This document shows, piece after piece, positions 44,526 through 53,089 of a stretch of DNA of 60,815 bases. How positions within the stretch are numbered: position 1 is the stretch's first letter; each line of letters begins with the position of its first letter. Made by a program: the position numbers and the translations under genes. The DNA comes from Candidatus Methanomethylicus oleisabuli. GTDB taxonomy: Archaea; Thermoproteota; Methanomethylicia; Methanomethylicales; Methanomethylicaceae. Where the stretch lies: the NCBI GenBank assembly GCA_001717025.1, contig MAGU01000079.1, positions 1 through 60,815 of the forward strand, in the 5' to 3' direction. Below the pieces are notes generated by a model. The model searched no databases. It was given only the letters and a program-made list of their open reading frames with translations, and was not told the origin of the DNA.

Positions 44526-45565
44526 TCTCCTAGGAAGGCGCCCAGCTTCTTGCGACCGCTGGAAACCCGCTTGCCCTTTATGAAGGCGCCGACAGGACCC
44601 TCGTCGAATCTGAGGTTTGCAGTTATCGTGCCTGCGCCGATGTTGCTTCCTGAACCTATTATCGAGTCGCCGAGATAGGAGAGGTGCCCCACGCGAGAGT
44701 CTTCCATGATGATGGATGCCTTGATCTCGCAGGCATGCCCCACTTTGGCGCCCCTGCAGAGGTAGGTATATGGTCTAAGGTAGCAGTTCGGGCCTACCTT
44801 GCAACCAGACGATACCCAGACTGGACCTTCGATGTAGGACCCGGAGAGGACTGACGCGCCGCGCTCGACAACTACATTGCCGTGGATTGTGGCTCCCTCC
44901 TCGACCTCTCCTTCTATGCGGCTTTCTGTGACGAGAGCGTCCATGAGAATCCTGTTGGCCTCGAGCAGGTTCCATGGTCGACCCACATCTACCCATTGGG
45001 CGGTATCCGTTAGGTGGACCCTGAACCGGATGCCCTTGCTCAGCGCGAGGTTTATCGACGAGGTTAGCTCAATCTCACTCCTCTCCGAGACCGGCGTTTC
45101 GTCCACGCATGCAAATATAGATGGCTGAAGGATGTATATGCCGCCGTTGATGACGCCCCTCCGCCCGTGGGTTGGCTTCTCCTTTATGGATTCCAGGCGG
45201 TCGCCCGACATCATGAGTGAGCCATATTCGCTGATGTCGTCGACGCTGACGCCCAAGATCGCTCCCCCTTGGTTGGCAGCGCCGTTGGCGCCCTCCTCCT
45301 CGGAGAGCATCCGCTTAAGTAGCGATGGGTTGAATGCCAGATCACCGTAGACGAGCAGGAACCGCTCATTTCCCAGGTATGGCTGGACGACCTTTAGCGC
45401 GTGCCCAGTGCCGAGAAGGTCAACCTGCTCGGCGTAGGTGATACGCAGGCCGAGAGACGATCCATCCCCGAATTTGGACATTATCGCCTCCTTCATGTAG
45501 TGTACGGTCATCACGACCTCTTCTATGCCTGCGCCCTTGATTGCCTTCAGAGTGTGCTCCAGCAT
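44372..45565 (-). CDS. glmU: bifunctional sugar-1-phosphate nucleotidylyltransferase/acetyltransferase (archaeal GlmU-like); conserved N-terminus lies upstream of this ATG
   Basis: Nucleotidyltransferase core (LLGTGHAL) plus C-terminal left-handed beta-helix hexapeptide repeats. The G-x-G-x-R motif region is encoded at 45566-45661 without a canonical start; see finding. Confidence 0.85.
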   Translation of the reverse strand: MLEHTLKAIKGAGIEEVVMTVHYMKEAIMSKFGDGSSLGLRITYAEQVDLLGTGHALKVVQPYLGNERFLLVYGDLAFNPSLLKRMLSEEEGANGAANQGGAILGVSVDDISEYGSLMMSGDRLESIKEKPTHGRRGVINGGIYILQPSIFACVDETPVSERSEIELTSSINLALSKGIRFRVHLTDTAQWVDVGRPWNLLEANRILMDALVTESRIEGEVEEGATIHGNVVVERGASVLSGSYIEGPVWVSSGCKVGPNCYLRPYTYLCRGAKVGHACEIKASIIMEDSRVGHLSYLGDSIIGSGSNIGAGTITANLRFDEGPVGAFIKGKRVSSGRKKLGAFLGDCVKTGINVSISPGVKVGYGSWISPHTALDRDVPPGMLVSERRLFEMHKRR

Positions 45566-45648
45566 AGGAGCCCCTGCGACAGGCAGCAGGTGCTTTGGAT
45601 GGTTTTCGGTATACGGTTCAAGCCGGACCCCTTTGCCAGCAGCAAAGA

Positions 45649-47010
45649 CTACCGCTTTCGTGTCAGTTCACCTATGATAGAATTTATGACCTTGAGCGCC
45701 TCGTCTGCCATGGATTCGGCAGCGCTTAACGAGGCTGCCTCAGAGGTGACCCGTATCAGAGGCTCGGTCCCCGAGGGCCTGACAAGTACCCACGACTTGT
45801 CGCGCGACTCGGCTCTCACCCCATCTAGGTCCGTTATAGACCCCCATCGGGCGTCGCCAGCAACCTGCAGACGGTAGGCTTCCAGTGCGTGCGCCTTCAG
45901 AACGTTCGGGCAGTGCGTCTTCCGCCTCACCAGGTGCATCTGTGGAACCGATTTCGCAACGTCCGATGCGTTGAGCCCCGACGACTCCAAGGCCGCCAAA
46001 AACGCAAGCGATGAGAGGACGCCGTCCGGGCAGAGGCTGAGGCTAGGGAATATCCAAGCGCCACATGTCTCGCCTCCGAAGGCACCGCCGGACTTGAGTA
46101 GCTCCTCGACAACGTAGGTGTCTCCCACCCTGCATCGGATGACCCTGCCGCCTGCTTTCTCCACCATCATGTCGACGGCGGCAGACGTGTCGACATTGAC
46201 GACTACCGCCCGACTGCCTACACTCAGGTCGGTAATGCGGGATGCCATGAATGCAAGGGCTGCGTCCTGAGGTATAGGCGAGCCCCGCTCATCCACCGCG
46301 GCGAAGCGGTCGCCATCGCCATCGAAGGCGAAGCCGACATCGAGACCTTTCGATCGGACGAGGCGGGAGAGCGCAACAAGGGCTTCCCCAGCGGGCTCAG
46401 ATCCCCTTCCAGGAAAGCGGCCGTCGGGCATGACGTTGATAGTTGATGGGCAACAACCGGCGTTGTAGTAAGCCATGTGTGCAGTGATTGCTGTCGCGCC
46501 GTTTCCCGGATCAAGACCTACCCGCCAGGCACGCGAGAGCGACTGCGAATGCGAGACGTATTCGAGGTACTTGCCGACCCCTGAGCCACTCCTGATGACC
46601 CCCAGCTCGCTGTAGCCGACCTTGCTAGGGACGCTCTCAATGATACTGACGAGCTTGAAGTAGAGTGACGACGCCACGGATGCGCCATTGCCGCCGAAGA
46701 GCTTGATGCCGTTGTAGTCGGGCGGGTTGTGGCTCGCGGTAACCATTGCCCCCCCGGTTGCGCCCCTCGAATAGAAGGCGACGGCAGGGGTTGGTGCGAG
46801 CCCAAGGAACCTGACGTCGGAGCCTGAGGCGGAGATTCCAGAGGCGAGGGAGGTTGCGAGTAAAGGCGAGGAGAGGCGAGGGTCCATGCCTAGAACTAAC
46901 TCCCCTCTAGACTCGTTGCCGTATGCGAGCCCGACGCTGAAGCACAGCTCGGGGGAGATCTCATAGACCGCAATACCCCTGAACCCAGAGCTGCTGATGA
47001 GCTCGCGCAA
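45649..47010 (-). CDS. glmM: phosphoglucosamine mutase / phosphohexomutase
   Basis: Phosphoserine loop TASHNPPDYNGIK, metal loop FDGDGDR, GEtCG sugar loop. TTG start. Confidence 0.92.
   Translation of the reverse strand: MRELISSSGFRGIAVYEISPELCFSVGLAYGNESRGELVLGMDPRLSSPLLATSLASGISASGSDVRFLGLAPTPAVAFYSRGATGGAMVTASHNPPDYNGIKLFGGNGASVASSLYFKLVSIIESVPSKVGYSELGVIRSGSGVGKYLEYVSHSQSLSRAWRVGLDPGNGATAITAHMAYYNAGCCPSTINVMPDGRFPGRGSEPAGEALVALSRLVRSKGLDVGFAFDGDGDRFAAVDERGSPIPQDAALAFMASRITDLSVGSRAVVVNVDTSAAVDMMVEKAGGRVIRCRVGDTYVVEELLKSGGAFGGETCGAWIFPSLSLCPDGVLSSLAFLAALESSGLNASDVAKSVPQMHLVRRKTHCPNVLKAHALEAYRLQVAGDARWGSITDLDGVRAESRDKSWVLVRPSGTEPLIRVTSEAASLSAAESMADEALKVINSIIGELTRKR
45668..45673 (-). promoter_or_regulatory. 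Shine-Dalgarno-like AGGTGA positioned for codon ACG at 45661
   Basis: Minus strand reads AGGTGA, then ACTGAC, then ACG AAA GCG GTA GTC (TKAVV...). The spacing matches other SD-start pairs in this window. Confidence 0.4.
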
Positions 47011-47141
47011 ATCTTTATGTCACCAAGTAATGATTCTGTCGGGAAATAGAAATAGGTTTAGGTCACGCAGCAATGCCTCTCCTACTGCCGCGCGGCGCTG
47101 GCATGTAAATAAAGGATGCTGCAGTTCTTCATGGGGCGCCG

Positions 47142-47771
47142 TCACTTGGTAGTAGCCGGCACAGGTGCTGCCTCGGACTGCGGCATGCCCGTCGAGACCA
47201 GCTCGCTCTTGCGAACCTCGATCTTCCTGAGCGGGTACACCGACTTGGCGGCGTTGTAGATCTCCGATGCGATCTTGCCCAAGACCAGCTGCTGAGCCAG
47301 CTCGTCGTAGAGGAACTGGGCGCTCTTCTTGTTCACTGTATCTTCCATGAGGCGCCTTATCGAGTGCTTCTGCGAGCTCTTGGTCCTTACCGTTGAGAGG
47401 GCGATTATGCCAACCCGTACCTTGAACCCGTCCTTCGTGGTCATGTTGAACATGCCATCGATCCTTGAGCTGCCCCTCCGCACGAGGCTCCTGAGGTAGT
47501 CTCTGGCTAGGTCGTGCCCTATGAATATGGTATAGGCCTTATCGCCTTCGACCCTAGTTATCTTGAAGTGAAGGTTGACATGAAGCAGTGAGAAGTCCTC
47601 AGTGATGTTGTAAAGGGTCGTCCCAAGGACTCGCCCTACCAGCTTCTGCGGGTCATCAGAAAGGGTCTTCCCGATCTCAACGTTGCCAAAGGCGCCAGGG
47701 GCAACGACGACATACCACTTCTTCTGACGCCATTTATCCTTCAATTTAGCAGTAGTCTTTTGCTCAGACAT
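47142..47771 (-). CDS. rps3ae: ribosomal protein eS1 (S3Ae)
   Basis: KDKWRQKKWYVVVAP...VGRVLGTTLYNITEDF. The true start is the internal ATG 47771. The 359-aa track ORF is an upstream artefact. Confidence 0.93.
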   Translation of the reverse strand: MSEQKTTAKLKDKWRQKKWYVVVAPGAFGNVEIGKTLSDDPQKLVGRVLGTTLYNITEDFSLLHVNLHFKITRVEGDKAYTIFIGHDLARDYLRSLVRRGSSRIDGMFNMTTKDGFKVRVGIIALSTVRTKSSQKHSIRRLMEDTVNKKSAQFLYDELAQQLVLGKIASEIYNAAKSVYPLRKIEVRKSELVSTGMPQSEAAPVPATTK

Positions 47772-47854
47772 CGGTCTCACCGCAGTATCAGAGAGAGCAA
47801 AAGTAGAACCATAATATAAACTTTGGCTGGTTTGATGTGTAGCTGCGCTGTGAC

Positions 47855-48100
47855 TCAGCTGACACCATCGGCTGCCTTTTCGGCTGCCTGCAGGCAGAGC
47901 AGCAGATCGTCGACCGTCCTCAGGAATGAAGGAAGGTCTGCGTCGGAGGCTATGTTGACCAAGAGCGCACACCCCTCCGCCCGCATCTCGATCTTCGTGT
48001 CGCGCGGAGCATCCTTGTTGTCGGGGGAGACTGCCATGAGCACGCCGACGGCGATCCTCGGGGAGGTGTATTCGCACCGTATGGAGATCTCCGACCTCAT
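47855..48100 (-). CDS. Pcc1-fold paralog (candidate second Pcc1-like KEOPS subunit)
   Basis: KIEMRAEGCALLVNIASDADLPSFLRTVDDLLLCLQAAEKA follows the Pcc1 pattern (E-x-x-G-x-L-x-V-x-I-x-A-x-D...LR...L). ATGA overlap with the RecJ-like gene. Confidence 0.55.
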   Translation of the reverse strand: MRSEISIRCEYTSPRIAVGVLMAVSPDNKDAPRDTKIEMRAEGCALLVNIASDADLPSFLRTVDDLLLCLQAAEKAADGVS

Positions 48101-49536
48101 AGCTTAACACCAGTGACCATCTTGGATAGGGCGGCGTCAGCAAGCGAGATGAACTCCTCCTCCTTCCCAAGAGGTATCTGCGCGCCGGCTGCAATGTTGT
48201 GCCCGCCGCCGGTGCCGCCAACCTTCTCCGCCGTCTCCCGCATCAGCACGCCGAGGTTGAGGCCGCGTCTAACGAGGTCTACGGTGCCCCTACCGGAGAC
48301 CTTGACGACGCCCGACGCATTTGATAAGCCCATTATTGGCTTATCGTTCGTGAAAGGCTTCATGGAGAATGCTATCGAGACTATGGTTCCGATTATCTTG
48401 TCGTCGATGGTGTCGCCGCCGTATATCACCTGGAGGTTCGGCAGTATCTTGACCGCTTCCTTTGTCTTCTCGAGCCACCCGAGGTGGCGGGAGATGGTCT
48501 TGCGGTACTCGGTTAGGGTAGACTTCAGCTCCGCGAGCGCATGGTCCCGGTCACCGAGGCAGATGGCTATGCCAAGCCCATACTTGCCGAGCCTGCCGCA
48601 GGCATTGATGGATGAGGCGAACTCCCTCGCGTCTCTAAGCGGCGAATCCGGCGCCTCGTTTGGGAAGGCGTATATCACGCCCACGATGCTCTCGGCGTCC
48701 CTGCTGCTCAGACCTTGGGATATGAGGTACTTTATCATGCCACTTATAACGACCTTGAGGTCGTCCTTAGACAGGTCTGAGATGGGCTTCCATGTACCGT
48801 CTGGGCGCCTTGGATCTATGCCGAGGCTCTTGACGAACTTGAAACATGCCCCCTCGTCCCCGCTCAGCCCAGGAAGGTAAGGTTCCATGGTGTATTCGAG
48901 GCACTTCACCAGCGGCCTTGACTCGAAGCCATAGAGCTTCAGCCCCTTCTTGATGATGAGCATGCCGGCCTTCTCGGCGTCCTCCGCTATCTTTGCGTTT
49001 ATGCCTGTGAAGGTGCCCCGCTCTCCCTTGTCCTGCAGGTCGCCAAGGGCTCCTACGAGCGCTAGCCGGGCCAGCGAATTGTTCGACTCAGACATCTTCC
49101 GCGCCACTAGGAACGCGGTGCCTGACGCCGAGATGTCGTTTGACCCATCAAAGCCGAATAGGTGGGCGTTTATCTCGTTGGGGTCAGGCGCGCACTGCTC
49201 CGCCTGGTGGTGGTCTATCACGAATACGGACTTGCCCTCGAGCTCCTTCAGCATAGGCTTCTGCCCACTGCCCATATCGGTGAATATTACGTGCCGGTAG
49301 CCGGTTGAGGCGACCTCCTTGACGACCTCTGGATCGAGCTGCTTCACGACGCGGTGATGCGGAGAGAAGCCTGCCCCAAGCAGGGCATGTGTGATTATGC
49401 TTCCCGAGGAGAGGCCGTCCGCGTCAAGGTGCGAGACGACCAGGATAGGGTCGTCCTTCGGGATTGAGAGGATCCCCTCGGCGATGGCTTGTGCCCTCTC
49501 GTCGAGGGCAGAATAAGACCCTCCAGCGAAGGCCAA
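48097..49536 (-). CDS. recJ: archaeal RecJ-like DHH exonuclease (GAN/Cdc45-like)
   Basis: VVSHLDADGLSSG, FVIDHHQ and DHHA1 GGGHNIAAGAQ. Confidence 0.88.
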   Translation of the reverse strand: MAFAGGSYSALDERAQAIAEGILSIPKDDPILVVSHLDADGLSSGSIITHALLGAGFSPHHRVVKQLDPEVVKEVASTGYRHVIFTDMGSGQKPMLKELEGKSVFVIDHHQAEQCAPDPNEINAHLFGFDGSNDISASGTAFLVARKMSESNNSLARLALVGALGDLQDKGERGTFTGINAKIAEDAEKAGMLIIKKGLKLYGFESRPLVKCLEYTMEPYLPGLSGDEGACFKFVKSLGIDPRRPDGTWKPISDLSKDDLKVVISGMIKYLISQGLSSRDAESIVGVIYAFPNEAPDSPLRDAREFASSINACGRLGKYGLGIAICLGDRDHALAELKSTLTEYRKTISRHLGWLEKTKEAVKILPNLQVIYGGDTIDDKIIGTIVSIAFSMKPFTNDKPIMGLSNASGVVKVSGRGTVDLVRRGLNLGVLMRETAEKVGGTGGGHNIAAGAQIPLGKEEEFISLADAALSKMVTGVKL

Positions 49537-49550
49537 GAGGCAGCTTACCT

Positions 49551-50009
49551 CTATCTTACCAGAATTGAGGCCTTAGCGGGCGAGTACTTCCAGTCGCGCG
49601 GTAGCTTCCCGACAGACCTGTAGTACTTCCCGAGCCGGTTGATTTTGGACTCCAGGATCTGCAGACCCCTCTTAGAACTCATGTCCTTTGGGTGCTCCTC
49701 CAGATGCCTCCTGATGGCACTTGTGTGCTTGATCAGGTTGAAGAGGTCCTCGGGGATCGTCGGTGCGAGATTCTTATCCTCGAGCGTCTTGACCAGCTTC
49801 TTGTTGGTCACCTGCTTCGCGAGTGGAACGCCGTACTGGTCCCTCAGGAGGACGCCTATCTGCGATGGCGGAACGCCCTTCTTCGCAACCTCAACTATGA
49901 TTGACTCGACCTCATCTGCGGATGACTTGACCCACTTCGGCGCTCCGCTCTCAATAGGCCTGATTGAATGTGAACTTCCTTTAATCTTACTCTTCCTCAA
50001 TGAGCCCAC
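49551..50009 (-). CDS. rps15: ribosomal protein uS15 (S13e)
   Basis: PKWVKSSADEVESIIVEVAKKG...LRDQYGVP...RLGKYY. Confidence 0.94.
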   Translation of the reverse strand: MGSLRKSKIKGSSHSIRPIESGAPKWVKSSADEVESIIVEVAKKGVPPSQIGVLLRDQYGVPLAKQVTNKKLVKTLEDKNLAPTIPEDLFNLIKHTSAIRRHLEEHPKDMSSKRGLQILESKINRLGKYYRSVGKLPRDWKYSPAKASILVR

Positions 50010-50061
50010 CTTAGGTAAGCCATAAAATCAAACACAATTATTTAACTCTAACTGAACCGAA

Positions 50062-50631
50062 TCAAGCACCCAGGAGCCACTCAGCGAACCGCCGGAAGGC
50101 CTCTCCTCTGTGAGACGCCATACACTTCGATTCTTCGTCGAGCTCGGCGTATGTCAGGCGGCTACCCTTGCCGAGGAAGATGGGGTCGAAGCCGAACCCT
50201 CTAGCGCCACGCGCAGTGGTGGCAATCGAGCCGCCAGAGGCCCCGCTGAAGAGCACCGGCTCGGCGCCGGCGGCGCAGTACGCGACCGCGCACCTGAAGG
50301 AGGCGGAGCGATCGTCGAAGCCATCCATGAGCCTCAGAATGCCGCGGCAGCCGATGGTCTTGAATGCGTAGGAGGAGTAGGGCCCTGGGAATCCGCCAAG
50401 TGCGTCGATGAACAGCCCCGAGTCCTCCACGAGCACCGGCGACCCGATCCGCCACGCCGCGGTCCTCGCCGCAAATGATGCGACCTCCTCGAGCGTGTCT
50501 GCCTGGATCTCGAGCTTCTCGCAGACGGCCATCTCCAGGGATATGCCGTATGGCGACAGTATCCGGTTTGCCTCATCAAGCTTATGGCTATTGCCGGTTA
50601 CGAAGAGAATCTTGCCCCCCATAATGCCCAC
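50062..50631 (-). CDS. rdgB: XTP/dITP diphosphatase (HAM1/RdgB family)
   Basis: ILFVTGNSHKLDEA...VEDSGLFIDALGGFPGPYS...FGFDPIF. Confidence 0.9.
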   Translation of the reverse strand: MGIMGGKILFVTGNSHKLDEANRILSPYGISLEMAVCEKLEIQADTLEEVASFAARTAAWRIGSPVLVEDSGLFIDALGGFPGPYSSYAFKTIGCRGILRLMDGFDDRSASFRCAVAYCAAGAEPVLFSGASGGSIATTARGARGFGFDPIFLGKGSRLTYAELDEESKCMASHRGEAFRRFAEWLLGA

Positions 50632-50640
50632 CAGCAGTGT

Positions 50641-51282
50641 CTAACGTTCAACATCCACGTATCGCCCTCTGAGCCTGACCTCGGCAGCCCTTGCAAGCAC
50701 GTCGTCGGCAGCGCTGCCCATCGTTCGGCGGTATCCTTTTATGAATGCGGCGTATGCGGCCTTGGCGCAGCAGTTGTGTGAGCTCTCCAAGGTGCGGCGC
50801 ATCAGGTGTATGTCGACCCCCCTTGCCTCCAACTCGCGCGTGTACTCGCCTAGGCCGAAGTCTATGAAGAAGACGTCCCCGCCGCAGATGATCATGTTCG
50901 AGGTCGTGAGGTCCCCGTGGACGGTCCCGCCCGCGTGCAGCCTGCCAACCTGCTCGCCGATGCGCTCGAAGAGCACGCCGATGGATTCGCTGCTCATGCC
51001 TGAGAGGGCATTCTTTACAGGCGTGCCCGGCACGCGGCTCATGACTATCTCGTGGGATGACCGGTCAACGAAGTACACAATGGGAGCAGGCACCCCTAGG
51101 CGCTTGGCCTCCCCCAGAAGCTTGGACTCGAGGGAGGTCCTGCTTGAGCGGATCAGTTCATCCAGATCTGGGTTCCTGTACCCCTTTCTGACGCGCCTCT
51201 TGAAGACGACGTCGCGCCCAAGCCACTCGCCGCGGTAAAGCTCGGCCTCTGCCCCCTTCTTTATCATCACCCTCTTCTCCAT
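50641..51282 (-). CDS. bud32: KEOPS kinase/ATPase Bud32
   Basis: GAEAELYRGEW...VFKRR, HGDLTTSNMI and IDFGL. Start at ATG 51282 or ATG 51267. Overlaps the kae1 end, so the two are not fused. Confidence 0.9.
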   Translation of the reverse strand: MEKRVMIKKGAEAELYRGEWLGRDVVFKRRVRKGYRNPDLDELIRSSRTSLESKLLGEAKRLGVPAPIVYFVDRSSHEIVMSRVPGTPVKNALSGMSSESIGVLFERIGEQVGRLHAGGTVHGDLTTSNMIICGGDVFFIDFGLGEYTRELEARGVDIHLMRRTLESSHNCCAKAAYAAFIKGYRRTMGSAADDVLARAAEVRLRGRYVDVER

Positions 51283-52262
51283 GGAACATCCACCTCGTCC
51301 AAGCGCCACTTCGGCTTTACGTAGCTCTCCTCAACATCGACGGTTATGCCCTCACGCCATGCCAAATAGCCGGTCCATGCGATCATCCCACCGTTGTCTC
51401 CAGCCAGGTCCGGCGGGACGACCGAGAACCTTGCGCCGTGGTCCCTGCAGACGGCGTCCATTATGCGCTGAAGTCGCCTGCTCCTTGCGACGCCTCCGGT
51501 GAGTAATAATGCTGGCTTCTCGGTATGCGCGAGCGCCCTCTCCGCGACCTCTGCAAGCATGCCGTATGCTACCTCGAGCAGGCTAAGGCTCAGATCACTG
51601 CGGTCGTGATCCTTAGACCGCCTGATGGCGTCGGTAAGCAGACCGGAATAGGACATGTCCTGCCCCTTCACGATGTATGGTAGCGGTATGAATGATCTCC
51701 CCCCATCGGCGAGGACCTCAAGCTTTGGGACTCCAGGGTGCGGTAGGCCCAGCGCCCTCGCGAAGGTGTCAAGGCAGTTTCCAAGAGCCACGTCCAGGGT
51801 CTCGCCAAATATCCTGTACCTGCCATCTGAGTATGCGGAGACCAGGGTGTTGCCCCCAGAGACGTAGACGACCAGCGGATCCTCCTCGCCCGTGCACATG
51901 CGGCCCACCTCAATGTGGGCTATGCAGTGGTTGACTGGAATCAGCGGCTTGCCCGACAACAGGGAGAGCATACGGGCGACCGTTGCGCCTGTCCTCAGGC
52001 ATGGGCCAAGACCGGGACCGGTAGAGAAGGCAACGGCGTCGATCTGACTGATGGTCAAGCCAGCCGCAGAGAGAGCGTTACTTACGGTGGAGGCTGCAGC
52101 GGAAGCATGGTGCTGGCTAGCCTCCCGTGGATGGATGCCACCAGCCTTAGGCGTGTACTCTGCCTTCGCGTTGGAAATTACCCTACCGTCGGATGTGGCA
52201 ACACCGCATCCAAAGGTATGGGCAGTCGATTCTATGCCCAGCACATATAGCACTGAGCCCAT
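51267..52262 (-). CDS. kae1: tRNA N6-adenosine threonylcarbamoyltransferase Kae1
   Basis: LGIESTAHTFG, NHCIAHIE, YVSGGNT and GLPHPG match ASKHA-fold Kae1/TsaD signatures. Confidence 0.95.
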   Translation of the reverse strand: MGSVLYVLGIESTAHTFGCGVATSDGRVISNAKAEYTPKAGGIHPREASQHHASAAASTVSNALSAAGLTISQIDAVAFSTGPGLGPCLRTGATVARMLSLLSGKPLIPVNHCIAHIEVGRMCTGEEDPLVVYVSGGNTLVSAYSDGRYRIFGETLDVALGNCLDTFARALGLPHPGVPKLEVLADGGRSFIPLPYIVKGQDMSYSGLLTDAIRRSKDHDRSDLSLSLLEVAYGMLAEVAERALAHTEKPALLLTGGVARSRRLQRIMDAVCRDHGARFSVVPPDLAGDNGGMIAWTGYLAWREGITVDVEESYVKPKWRLDEVDVPWRRG

Positions 52263-52277
52263 CGTGCATTACTGCCT

Positions 52278-52442
52278 TTAACCGCGTATGAATTCGGTAT
52301 ATCCGCAGTAGCCACACGCCCACCTAGCGGTGGGCTTCATGTGCTTTGCCATGATCCTACCACAGCGGGAGCATTTCTTGTTCTTCGCCTTGACCGTGCC
52401 TTGGGCGTAATCGACTGCATAAAGGTCGGATGATCTAACCAT
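52278..52442 (-). CDS. rps27ae: ribosomal protein eS31 (S27ae)
   Basis: Not in the ORF track (54 aa). Manual translation gives MVRSSDLYAVDYAQGTVKAKNKKCSRCGRIMAKHMKPTARWACGYCGYTEFIRG (CxxC...CxxC ribbon). Conserved S24e-S27ae pair. Confidence 0.9.
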   Translation of the reverse strand: MVRSSDLYAVDYAQGTVKAKNKKCSRCGRIMAKHMKPTARWACGYCGYTEFIRG

Positions 52443-52455
52443 GATAACTCACCAG

Positions 52456-52818
52456 TTACTCCTTCTTCCCAGCCGCCTTTGCTGCAGACTCGGCAGCCGC
52501 GGATATGGCCTGTTTGCGGTCCTCCCTTGAGAGGTTCCGGTGTTGGACGAACTCCGGCTCTATCTGCTTGCCCCTCTCGGCGGTCTCGTATACGTAAGCC
52601 TTGCAGACTGCGACGCTCTTGCCGTATGATGATAGGACGTTCTTTATGTATACCCTCTCCACGGGCACCTTCAGAGAGGATGCGACCGATTTCCTCAGAA
52701 GGTCCCTCTTTGGGGTTGCCTTGGATGCGATCTCGAGCTTGAGCTCTCGCCTCTCCATGAGAGGGTTAAATTTGTCTTCGATAATCGATATCTGGTATGC
52801 TACCTCTTGCGAGGACAT
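52456..52818 (-). CDS. rps24e: ribosomal protein eS24
   Basis: NPLMERRELKLEI...TPKRDLLRKSVA... Confidence 0.93.
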   Translation of the reverse strand: MSSQEVAYQISIIEDKFNPLMERRELKLEIASKATPKRDLLRKSVASSLKVPVERVYIKNVLSSYGKSVAVCKAYVYETAERGKQIEPEFVQHRNLSREDRKQAISAAAESAAKAAGKKE

Positions 52819-53089
52819 CTTTCCACATCCATATCGGAGTAGAGAAAGGAATACTCCTTTTTTAGCTTTCCTATTGATGGAATCTATCTAGCTGGCAACG
52901 GGCATGGGGGCGACTGGGCAGTTATGCATGCATATATGCATACGCTTATGCACCTCTAATGCCATCTTCGGTTAGGCAGTGTTGAGAAGGCGCCGCATGG
53001 TCTACGGAAAAAGGAAGAGCCTGTCACCAAGAAAAAAATAATAAGGAATCATATCAGTATAGCCACCAAGACCCTAAGGAGAGGAAAAA

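Noticed and set aside
47772-48221. 150-codon N-terminal extension of the S3Ae ORF (the 359-aa track ORF)
   Set aside because: The extension is Arg/Ser/Pro-rich nonsense and overlaps the Pcc1-like ORF and the RecJ-like 3' end in another frame. S3Ae homology begins exactly at the internal ATG 47771.
48113-48880. 255-aa ORF antisense to the RecJ-like gene
   Set aside because: It is a shadow ORF opposite a strongly supported DHH exonuclease. It has Ser/Pro/Met-rich composition and no recognisable domain.
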